From Candidatus Xenobia bacterium (lineage in GTDB: Bacteria; Vulcanimicrobiota; Xenobia; Xenobiales; QWHO01): a stretch of DNA of 64,000 bases. The position numbers were made by a program, and so were the translations under genes. Of the stretch, positions 28,977 through 37,088 are shown piece after piece. The notes below the pieces were generated by a model. That model did no database searches, was not told where the DNA came from, and saw nothing but the letters and a program-made list of their open reading frames with translations. The stretch spans positions 52,224 to 116,223 of the forward strand of contig BTUM01000017.1 of assembly GCA_045863235.1 (NCBI GenBank), read 5' to 3'. The stretch's first letter is position 1. Each line of letters starts with the position of its first letter.

Positions 28977-29010
28977 CACCATGGCACGGGCGCGTTAAAG
29001 AATTCTGAAA
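28977..29010 (-). promoter_or_regulatory. Conserved upstream element, copy 2
   Basis: TTTCAGAATTCTTTAACGCGCCCGTGCCATGGTG versus TTTCAGAGTTCTTTGAGCGACCCGTGGCAGGGTG at 23299-23332. Confidence 0.65.
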
Positions 29011-29136
29011 TTAGAGGGTGATGAGCCTGGAGATACTTGAGGTGAAATCCGCCCGACAGCCCGGATTGCCTGGCAATTGCTCAGGCAACACGATGATCAG
29101 ACCCTGATGGGGGCTTCGCTCTAAAGTGCGAGCACA

Positions 29137-30294
29137 TTAGAGATTGCTCAGATCGCCGTCCTGAACGGTCTCCTCCACCCGGCCACGGAACTTTGGCGCC
29201 GAATCGTCGTACGGCGTACCGGTGAGCTGCTCCTTCGCCTTCCCGAGCGAGCGATGCAGATCTTCGGTCAGGGAGATCGCCGCCTTCTTCGAGCTTCCGG
29301 CGGCGGTCACGTAATCCTCGACGATCAGGGGCTTGCCCACGATGACGTGAGCAATCTCGCGGGTCCGCCAGGCGTTGGCCACCGCCAGGGTCGAAAGTCC
29401 GCCCGCCGCGGCCAGCGCCAGTCCGGCCTGCGGGATCAGGGCGGCAGCGATACCTCCGGCCACTCCCCCGCCCAGGGCTCCGAGAGCCGCCCCTTTGAGC
29501 ATGGCCATGTACTGGGGCGCCTGATTGTAAGCCTTGGCTGGTGGATTATCATGCCACTGCTTGCGACCGTAGAGATAGCCACCTGTAATGGCCCCGGCCG
29601 CTGCGCCCGCCAAGATTCGCGTCAGAGGTCCGGAAAAGGACGCCAGGGCGGTGCCCACGGCCACCCCTGCGGCTGCCAGAGCGCCCACCACGGCCTCGCC
29701 CGGGCGCGACTTGTCGTCAGGGCGATAGTGCATGGCGATCGGCACGATCGACTCGGCTCCCCCGTTGACTGCTGCCGAGGCAACCCCCTTCTTCAGGGGG
29801 CCGACAGTGCCCCGAGCCTCCTCATCGGCAATGCCGCCCTCCGGATAGATGCACAGGCCCACTCCCGACTTGAGAACCTCGTTGCAGTGCCGAATCGTGG
29901 TGGAAGAAGCGTTGGCGCGATCAACCGGGAAAGCGCCCGACCAGGTCATCAGCTTGCCGTTGAAACCCTTCATCGTGCGAATGTTGGCCATAGATCGCAC
30001 GTCGCGATCGAGCACGGCCGCCACGACGGGGGGATCGAAAATGGTGGGGTGAGTCGGGGCGTAGACGTGGGCTCCCCCGGGGGGCAGATTCTCGCGCCCC
30101 TCGACCTCGAGGCGATAGCGACCGGCCACCAGGGCTTTCGTCAGGGGCCGGAGGATCGCGCCATAGCGGGGTGCCGAGCGGCCATCTGCCGGGCCGGTAT
30201 AACCGGGAATATCAGCTCCGACATTCCTTTCGGGTTGATGGGACTGGGCTGAGCTGGCCGGGATGGGGCGCAAGCCCGACATGGCGACGTTCAT
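29137..30294 (-). CDS. PlsC-family acyltransferase with glycine-zipper insertion (paralogue of 22072-23265)
   Basis: HPTIFD, GAFPVDR, IYPEGG; shares PGYTGP.DG.S.PR and G.PYDD...KFRG.V.ET with its paralogue. Confidence 0.88.
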   Translation of the reverse strand: MNVAMSGLRPIPASSAQSHQPERNVGADIPGYTGPADGRSAPRYGAILRPLTKALVAGRYRLEVEGRENLPPGGAHVYAPTHPTIFDPPVVAAVLDRDVRSMANIRTMKGFNGKLMTWSGAFPVDRANASSTTIRHCNEVLKSGVGLCIYPEGGIADEEARGTVGPLKKGVASAAVNGGAESIVPIAMHYRPDDKSRPGEAVVGALAAAGVAVGTALASFSGPLTRILAGAAAGAITGGYLYGRKQWHDNPPAKAYNQAPQYMAMLKGAALGALGGGVAGGIAAALIPQAGLALAAAGGLSTLAVANAWRTREIAHVIVGKPLIVEDYVTAAGSSKKAAISLTEDLHRSLGKAKEQLTGTPYDDSAPKFRGRVEETVQDGDLSNL

Positions 30295-30368
30295 GGCAAA
30301 CCCTCTTTGTGAGCTTTCTTTCAGTATTACCTGGCAAACTGAAGCAAAGCTGAAAGGAGAAAAGGCGC

Positions 30369-31556
30369 TTGCAGGTCGGGCCAATCCTCGCAAGAGTGAG
30401 CTGGGGAGCAGTCAGGAGCTGCTCCGCGCACGCTCCTGCGCCCGATTGCGCCCCCCAGGATACCCTGTCCACCCGCACCTCGGCCCACAGGCTCTTTGCA
30501 CGCCCTGAGGTGCGCGAATGTTGGAGCGTCTCGCTGGGTGCACCGGTTGAGTTTCCCGTTGTCCCCTGCGAAGGCGGCTTTCTGGCAGTGTTGCGCGAGC
30601 CGAAGACGACCGTCGAGCATCCTGGGGCGCAGCGGCTGGTGCGCTTGCTTCCCGGGCAAGAGCCCCAGGCTCTGCCCACTCCCCCGGGGAGGTTTCTGGC
30701 TGCTGGCCCGGAGGGGATCGAGCTGAGCTGGACCACGACCGGCAAGTATGTCTTCGATCCGATGATGCCATCGGTGGATCACAAACATGACCAGGTGGAA
30801 GTGCGGGCCCCGGGCTGGAGCCGTTCGCTCCCCGGGTGCACGAACACGACTGCCTCGCCCTTCCCCTGGCCCCCCATCTCCTCACATGGGCGCACCCTCT
30901 TGCAGGTAGACGAACGCACCATCGAATGCCTGGATGCCGATGGCCGGAAGCTGTTCCAGCACCAGGGAACTCCCTGGGCAAAGCTCCAGGTTCCCCCGGC
31001 GCTGAGTCGGGATGGACGCGCGGTGATCTGCGACGACAACCACGGGGTGGTGACCGCTTACCGGTCGGACGGCTCGCGAGCCTGGGAAGAAACCACTTTT
31101 CGCACGATCAGGTGTACTCCGCTGCTGCTTGACGAAGGCCAAACGCTGGTGGCGATCCGGGGAGACGAGTCAGGCACCACCACTCTCCGACGATTGGATG
31201 ACGCAGGCAAGACGGTAAGCCAGTGGTCCGTACCGGGGGCATCCATCGCCGGAATGGTCCAGGCTCCCGATGGAACCATCCTGGTGGCGGCCAACGATCC
31301 GCCCCGCCTGGCAGGCTATGACTCAGCCGGGCAGCTCCGCTGGGAGCATCCGCTGAGCGAGCCCAGCCTGGGACCGCCAAACCAGTTGGAAGACGGCTCC
31401 ATGCTGGTCGTGGGCCGAGAGGGCCGGGTCAGCGCCGTGCGGGTGGCCGATCCTCGCACCAGCCGAGACCCGCTGGTGGATCAGGAAACTGCCGGCGCCA
31501 TCCACGAAGGGTCACAGTTCGTGACCCTGGCCGGCGTGCGCGTGCGCCGCAAGTAA
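30369..31556 (+). CDS. PQQ-like beta-propeller protein
   Basis: Repeated G.V.AY..DG...W blades; AAGGAG RBS; TTG start; basic C-terminus. Confidence 0.75.
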   Translation: MQVGPILARVSWGAVRSCSAHAPAPDCAPQDTLSTRTSAHRLFARPEVRECWSVSLGAPVEFPVVPCEGGFLAVLREPKTTVEHPGAQRLVRLLPGQEPQALPTPPGRFLAAGPEGIELSWTTTGKYVFDPMMPSVDHKHDQVEVRAPGWSRSLPGCTNTTASPFPWPPISSHGRTLLQVDERTIECLDADGRKLFQHQGTPWAKLQVPPALSRDGRAVICDDNHGVVTAYRSDGSRAWEETTFRTIRCTPLLLDEGQTLVAIRGDESGTTTLRRLDDAGKTVSQWSVPGASIAGMVQAPDGTILVAANDPPRLAGYDSAGQLRWEHPLSEPSLGPPNQLEDGSMLVVGREGRVSAVRVADPRTSRDPLVDQETAGAIHEGSQFVTLAGVRVRRK

Positions 31557-31660
31557 CCTCCTCTCCCCCGTTCTTCTGTTCACAACCCGGCAAACTCATG
31601 AGCCGCTCGGCTGACTAGATTATGGGCAACCACTCGCACTGAAAAATTCCTGAAACGAGG

Positions 31661-32977
31661 TTGCCCCACGTGAACACCCTGTCCAGCGTCAACGCCAACT
31701 ACAACACCCTGGCCATGCCAGGCCGAAGCTCTGCCCCGCAGGCCGCCTGCAACTGCGGATCCAAGGACAGCGTGGTTCTCTCGGGCACCCGCCAGAGGGA
31801 CGAAGAGCCGCCCACTCCTCCGACTCCCCCGGCTCCCGAGCCCCCTGCTCCCGAGCCCCCGCCCACTCCCGAGCCTCCGCCCGAGCCGCCGCCCGCGCCG
31901 GTGACCAAGAAGTGGACCGTGATGGTCTACTCAGCCTCGGACTGCAACCTCTACCGCTTCATGCAGTCCGACCTGGACGAGGCCGAGCGGGTTGGCTCGA
32001 CCGAAACGATGCACGTGATCGCCCAGACCGACCACGGCCCGCGCAACGGCACCGCCCAGCGCATCGAGCTGGTGCCCGACCAGACCCCGGGCCTCAAGGC
32101 CCCGGTCAAGCAGGACCTGGGCAGCTACAACATGGCCGCCCCGGAAGCCCTGGCCGACTTCGTCAAGTGGGGAATGAAAGAGTATCCGGCCGAGAACTAC
32201 ATGCTGATCATCTCCGACCATGGCGACGGCTGGAAGGGCGCCGCCCAGGACTGGAGCCACAACGGCTGGATGAGCACCCCGGACATCGAAGCCGGCCTCA
32301 AGATGGCCCGTGAAGAGACCGGCAAGAAGATCGACGTGCTCGGCTTCGACGCCTGCCTGATGGCCTCGGCCGAAGTGGCTTACCAGCTCAAGGACGAGAT
32401 CAACTACCTGGTGGCCTCCCAGGAAGTCGAGGGCGGCGCCGGCTGGGAGTACAACCGCGTTCTCTCCGAAGGCACCCTCAAGAGCCTGGACCAGAAGCTG
32501 TCTGCGACACGCTTCAACATGGATCCCAAGCAGGTGGCCACCCACGTCGTGATCTGCGCCCAGGGCAACCAGGACGACCTGCCCACCATGTCGGCCATCG
32601 AGACCGCCAAGATGCCCGCCGTGAAACGCGCTCTGGACAACTTTGCCGACGCGATGGCTACCTCCCAGGTCAGCAAGGACACCTTTACGACCGCGGCCGA
32701 GAACACCCAGGGCTTCTACGACTACAAGGACCTGTCCGACTTCGCCAACCAGGTGAAGACGGGCGTGCAGGCCCAGGACTGCTACCTGGCCGGCGCCGCC
32801 GACCGCCTGATGGCAGCCGTGAGCAACGCCGTGGTGGCCGAGCAGCACTCGGACAACTATCCGGGAGCGAAGGGAATGAGCATCGAGCTGCACAACACCA
32901 GCTCGTCCGACTACGCCAACCTCAAGCTCTCCCAGGACACCCAGTGGGACGAAGCGGTCGCCCAGATGCACAGCTAA
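31661..32977 (+). CDS. Clostripain-family (C11) cysteine peptidase
   Basis: KWTVMVY..SDCNL, YPAENY.LIISDHG.GW, GFDACLMA..EVAY; Pro-rich linker; no Sec signal. Start could be TTG 31661 or GTG 31670. Confidence 0.92.
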   Translation: MPHVNTLSSVNANYNTLAMPGRSSAPQAACNCGSKDSVVLSGTRQRDEEPPTPPTPPAPEPPAPEPPPTPEPPPEPPPAPVTKKWTVMVYSASDCNLYRFMQSDLDEAERVGSTETMHVIAQTDHGPRNGTAQRIELVPDQTPGLKAPVKQDLGSYNMAAPEALADFVKWGMKEYPAENYMLIISDHGDGWKGAAQDWSHNGWMSTPDIEAGLKMAREETGKKIDVLGFDACLMASAEVAYQLKDEINYLVASQEVEGGAGWEYNRVLSEGTLKSLDQKLSATRFNMDPKQVATHVVICAQGNQDDLPTMSAIETAKMPAVKRALDNFADAMATSQVSKDTFTTAAENTQGFYDYKDLSDFANQVKTGVQAQDCYLAGAADRLMAAVSNAVVAEQHSDNYPGAKGMSIELHNTSSSDYANLKLSQDTQWDEAVAQMHS

Positions 32978-33000
32978 AGTTTAGTCTGGTGGTGGTACAA

Positions 33001-33033
33001 AGGGCGTCCCTTCGGGGGGCGCCCTCTTCTTTT
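33001..33033 (+). terminator. Intrinsic terminator
   Basis: AGGGCGTCCC-TTCG-GGGGCGCCCT followed by CTTCTTTT. Confidence 0.85.
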
Positions 33034-33065
33034 GCCCAGGCACCTCGCCCTTGATCGAGCCTCGT

Positions 33066-33944
33066 TCAGAGTTTCCAGGCCGTGAGCCAGCTCTGGCTCT
33101 TTCGCTTGAGCTTGAGCTGTTTCACCAGCCTCTGGTCGAAATCGGGCATGTGAGCCGCTCCGTAGAGGATGGCAACCCGCTTCCTGCCTTTCTTGAGCTG
33201 CTGGCCGAGCACCTTGATGCAGCGCTGATTGCGTCCGGTAATCAAGGCGGTCCCCTGCAACTCGACCGCCAGGCCTTCGACGTCCCCGATGTTGGCGGCC
33301 AGCACCCGCCGAAGCGCCTGGCGCTCGGCCTCGGTAGGCTCTCGGGTCAGGAGCGCCAGAGGGTTGAGGTTCTCCAACTCGCTCTCCTCCAGCTCGCTCG
33401 AGCGCTGAAGGCTCTTCTTCAACAGTCTCAAAAACAAGGTGGTGGCATTCTCGCCCCGCTTCTGCATGGACTTCTCGAACTCCTGAGCTGTCATGTCGGC
33501 GTGCACGAACTGATCGCCGCTGTAGTCCACGACCTCGGGCTGATAGGCCAGGCCCAGCATGCTGGCCAGCTTCATCTGGACGGCGGTGAGCGGGTGGCTC
33601 GGATCAGGGCGAATCTCATAACGGGGCTCATAGTCGAGCCCTACCGCCCGGGCCATGTCGCGCCGGCCCTCTACCGCCTGGCCTTCATCCACCACCGCCT
33701 CGAACAGAACGGCATCGTATGCCTTGAGCTGGCGATTGAGAGCCTGGTAGTAGGCCAGGTCACCGATGTGGACCACGCCCACCAGATCGACGGTGACCCC
33801 GCTCTTGGAGGCGTAGCGAGTGATGGCGGTCTGCAGGGCCGAGGGCCTGCCCTCCGCGTTCTTGACCAGGCGCACGAAGGTAGGCCCCTCGGCCCTGGCT
33901 GGAAGCAGCAGCAGGCAGAGCCAGAGCAGAAGCAACTTGCGCAT
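33066..33944 (-). CDS. Secreted TraB/GumN-like hypothetical protein
   Basis: Signal peptide; VDLVGVVHIGD..YY, VLFE, RN..., YGAAHMPD. Confidence 0.75.
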   Translation of the reverse strand: MRKLLLLWLCLLLLPARAEGPTFVRLVKNAEGRPSALQTAITRYASKSGVTVDLVGVVHIGDLAYYQALNRQLKAYDAVLFEAVVDEGQAVEGRRDMARAVGLDYEPRYEIRPDPSHPLTAVQMKLASMLGLAYQPEVVDYSGDQFVHADMTAQEFEKSMQKRGENATTLFLRLLKKSLQRSSELEESELENLNPLALLTREPTEAERQALRRVLAANIGDVEGLAVELQGTALITGRNQRCIKVLGQQLKKGRKRVAILYGAAHMPDFDQRLVKQLKLKRKSQSWLTAWKL

Positions 33945-34002
33945 CCTCTGGAAATTCCGCGCTGGCTGCAGGGCGCCCTGCGCGAGGGGAGAACTGGCGA
34001 CC

Positions 34003-34833
34003 GTGAGATTCCTGATCGTGGACGGCTATCCGGCCGCATCGCGAGATGAGCTGTGCTGCGCCGGAGTGGCGCCGGCTCACGAGCTATTCGCCGGAATGCT
34101 GCAAGACTATCTGCCGGGAGCGACCAGCGAGGTGGTGTTCCCCTCCGACCCCGAGGTGCGCCTGCCCGATCTGAGCGGCTTCACCGGGGTGCTCTGGACT
34201 GGCTGCAATTTGACCCTGCACGACACCTCGGACAGACGCCTGGCAGCTCACCTCGAGCTGGCCCGACGCGGCTTCGAGCAGGGCCTGGCCAGCTTCGGGA
34301 GTTGCTGGGCCTTGCAGGTGGCCGCCGTGGTCGCTGGGGGCGAGGTCAAGGCCCATCCCGGCGGTCGCGAGATTGGAGTGAGCCGGAAGATCCGTTTGAC
34401 CCCCGCCGGACAGGCGCACCCGATGTTCGCGGGAAAGCCTCCGGTGTTCGATAGCTTCACCAGCCACCTGGACGAGGTCACCCGCCTGCCCTCCGACTCG
34501 GTGCTCCTGGCCGAGAGCGAGTTCACCCGCATCCAGGCGGCGGTGATCCGCCACCTGAAGGGGAGCTTCTGGGCCGTCCAGTATCACCCCGAGTTCACCG
34601 TCAAGTCCATGGCCCGGCTGATGGCGGCCCGCCAGGAGGTCCTGCTGCGGGAGGGGTTCTTCGCCAGCCCGGAGGAAGCCGAATCCTACGTGGCCAGCTA
34701 CGAGGCCCTGGCCGAGCAACCCGACAACCGGGCCCTGCGCTTCCGCCTGGGCCTGGATGACGACGTGCTCGACCCCGACCTGCGCCGACTCGAGTTCCTC
34801 AACTGGTTGCGCCACGAGCTGAAGGTCGCCTGA
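34003..34833 (+). CDS. Type 1 glutamine amidotransferase
   Basis: FGSCWALQ nucleophile elbow, H.DEV, VQYHPE; GTG start. Confidence 0.9.
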   Translation: MRFLIVDGYPAASRDELCCAGVAPAHELFAGMLQDYLPGATSEVVFPSDPEVRLPDLSGFTGVLWTGCNLTLHDTSDRRLAAHLELARRGFEQGLASFGSCWALQVAAVVAGGEVKAHPGGREIGVSRKIRLTPAGQAHPMFAGKPPVFDSFTSHLDEVTRLPSDSVLLAESEFTRIQAAVIRHLKGSFWAVQYHPEFTVKSMARLMAARQEVLLREGFFASPEEAESYVASYEALAEQPDNRALRFRLGLDDDVLDPDLRRLEFLNWLRHELKVA

Positions 34834-35519
34834 TGGAAGACGAGGAGTTCCTGGGCTCTTTGACCTCGGCCTGGCTGGGTGAGGAGCGGCGGTCCGCGCC
34901 ACGAGAAACCCTGCTCGAGCAGATCTCCCGTCGGGGGCCCGAAGCCATGCGAGCCGAGATCGAGCCCCTGGTGGACTACTACGACGAGCTGGCTAACTAT
35001 CTGCCCGAGGCCGGCGAGATTGCCGAAGCGCTGGTCGAGTTGCTCGACAGCCTGGCCGGCGACCCGGGGCCGGCTTGCGCTCGGCTGCAAGAGCTGCACG
35101 CTCGACATGCCGAGGTTCTCAGGGCCGAGCTGGGGTGCCTGGAAGTGCGGCCAAGCTACTCGCCCTGGGTCGACAGCCTGCGGGCTCAGTTGCAGGCTTT
35201 CGTGCGCGGGCAACAGACCAGGACCCCGATTTACGAGCAACTGGCCGAGCTCGAGCAGCTGTTCAGCACTTCTCTCGGGCAGAACCGGGCCAACACCCTC
35301 CAGCTCGGCTCACGCGCCAACGAAGCCGCCCGCAAGGTGCTGGAGCTGAGCGAACAGGGCTACGCTCGGGGGCAGGTGGCCACCCGAGCACTGGTAGCCT
35401 CCCTGGAGCGGCGCGACCTGGAGGCAGTTGGGGAGAATCTGCGCTCGCTCAATCAAGCTTTCTCTTACCTGACCCAGGCACGCGAGCTGTGCGAGTTGGA
35501 GGGCCGACAGTACAGCTAA
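34833..35519 (+). CDS. Helical hypothetical protein
   Basis: TGATG coupling to the glutamine amidotransferase gene. Confidence 0.65.
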   Translation: MEDEEFLGSLTSAWLGEERRSAPRETLLEQISRRGPEAMRAEIEPLVDYYDELANYLPEAGEIAEALVELLDSLAGDPGPACARLQELHARHAEVLRAELGCLEVRPSYSPWVDSLRAQLQAFVRGQQTRTPIYEQLAELEQLFSTSLGQNRANTLQLGSRANEAARKVLELSEQGYARGQVATRALVASLERRDLEAVGENLRSLNQAFSYLTQARELCELEGRQYS

Positions 35520-35570
35520 TGGGCTCGCACTTTGGTTTTGCGCGCCGGAACTGCGTTCCAGCGCGTTGCA
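35516..35570. repeat. Repeat family A copy
   Basis: CTAATGGGCTCGCACTTT (reverse of the module at 20992 and 29123) plus GCGCCGGAACTGCGTTCCAGCGC. Confidence 0.75.
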
Positions 35571-35618
35571 CTTCAGGGCCTCAGGCAGGATGATGCCAGG
35601 GCCGTCTCCGAGGATCTG

Positions 35619-36116
35619 CTAGGCGATGCCACCCATCAGGCCGCCCAGGGGCGAGGCGAGGTTGCCGGCGCCCAGCCCGGTCGGATCGAGGGTGGGACTG
35701 ATTCCAGGGACCGCAGGTGTGGCACCCAGACCCGGGGTTGTTGCCAGCCCGGGAGTGGCTCCCAGGCCCGGGGTCGTGCCCAGCCCACCCAGGCCAGGAG
35801 TGGCTCCGAGGCCTCCGGTGGGATCGAGTCCCGTGGCGCCGGGCAGCCCACCCTGATTGGCCAGCGGCCCGCCCCCGGTCACCGGCCCGAGCATGTTGTT
35901 GGCCAGATTCTCAAAGCCGGTGGGCCCTCCGAGCTTGCCAACCCCGCCCGTGATCTGGTCGAGCTGGGCCTGGCTCTGGGCGATCATCTGCTGATTCTGG
36001 ATGGCCGTCTGCTGCATGATCTGCTGACTGGCCGCCACCAGTTGCGCCTGGGCCTGAGGAGAGAGGGTTCCACCGCCGCCGCCGGCGCCGCCAGTCTTGG
36101 GAATCGAGGTGGCCAT
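35619..36116 (-). CDS. Gln-rich/Gly-rich repeat protein (GLGATP repeats)
   Basis: AGGAGG RBS; Gln-rich helix, then GL(G/A)(A/T)TP hexapeptide repeats. Confidence 0.75.
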   Translation of the reverse strand: MATSIPKTGGAGGGGGTLSPQAQAQLVAASQQIMQQTAIQNQQMIAQSQAQLDQITGGVGKLGGPTGFENLANNMLGPVTGGGPLANQGGLPGATGLDPTGGLGATPGLGGLGTTPGLGATPGLATTPGLGATPAVPGISPTLDPTGLGAGNLASPLGGLMGGIA

Positions 36117-36250
36117 GCGAGTCCTCCTGGAGCGAAGTATCTTGGACTCAGGATAGCCCTCCGGCTCACCTCGACTGTTGCGGACGGGTTAACAGCATGT
36201 AACAATCCTTTCGGATATGTTTCAGGCTTCTTCCAGTTTGTTCATAGAAG

Positions 36251-36880
36251 TCAGGGCAACAGCTCCACGACCACTTTGGTCAGCCCGCTGCCGGTCCGTC
36301 CCCCCGAGACGACCTGATTGAAGCCAGCGTAGAGGTCGTAGTTGATCGGCCCCTCCTTATCCGGCTGGCCGGCCAGGGCGAAGAGGGCCGGATGTTGCCA
36401 GGAGCTCCCTCCGGCCCTGACACTGCCATCGCTGACTTCTACAACCACGGTGCCAGATGCGAAGTCGCGCAGGTCGTAGAGCTTGTGAGTGGGCTGGCCG
36501 ATCATCTGGTCGTTCCCCCAGACCGAGAGGTCGCGCCCCACGATCTGCACCTCGGCGTCGTTGGATTGGGTCGCGCCGTCTCCGCCGTAGCCGTTGCAGG
36601 AAGACGAGTCAGCGATGTTCAGGGTCCAGCCCTCGGGTCGCGCACCATAGGTCAGGGTAAAGCGTGCCCTTCGATATCGCTCGAGCGTCAATTTCAGGAC
36701 AGCGCGCCCCTGTGAGGGCTCCTGCACCCAGCCCATGGGAGCCTCGGGGGACATCTCATAGCGGTTGGTCGTCAGGTCCACCCGGCAGACGGCGCGCCGG
36801 TCATCTTCCTGAGAGTTGAGGGGAGTGAGCAGGGCCGCCAGGGCGACCAGAGAGCTGAGCCACAGGAGGTTCTTGCGCAT
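36251..36880 (-). CDS. Secreted beta-rich hypothetical protein
   Basis: Sec signal MRKNLLWLSSLVALAALL; GWTLNIADS.S.NGYGGD. Confidence 0.75.
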   Translation of the reverse strand: MRKNLLWLSSLVALAALLTPLNSQEDDRRAVCRVDLTTNRYEMSPEAPMGWVQEPSQGRAVLKLTLERYRRARFTLTYGARPEGWTLNIADSSSCNGYGGDGATQSNDAEVQIVGRDLSVWGNDQMIGQPTHKLYDLRDFASGTVVVEVSDGSVRAGGSSWQHPALFALAGQPDKEGPINYDLYAGFNQVVSGGRTGSGLTKVVVELLP

Positions 36881-36948
36881 GGTCATTCTGACGCCGATCA
36901 GGCAAGAATCTTCCCGGCCAGGACCCTCCAGCCAGGGTCCTCGCAGGC

Positions 36949-37082
36949 GAGCGCAGCCGGAAGCCCCTTGACAAGGTTTTCCGGCTGCGCGACGCCCGAC
37001 ATATTGTGCGAAAGTCCGGCCGCCTCCAAGATCCTGTGATGAGGGGCAGGGGCCCCGAGAGCGTAGCTCTGCGGCCGGACTT
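36949..37082. repeat. Repeat family B, most complete copy (two stems)
   Basis: Stem 1 GCGCAGCCGGAA/TTCCGGCTGCGC; stem 2 AAGTCCGGCCGC/GCGGCCGGACTT. Confidence 0.85.
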
Positions 37083-37088
37083 CCAGGG

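Noticed and set aside
31807..31900. Tandem CCCGAGCC-type repeats
   Set aside because: They simply encode the PEPP proline linker of clostripain; likewise the SPSP linkers at about 4630-4705 and 5085-5180.
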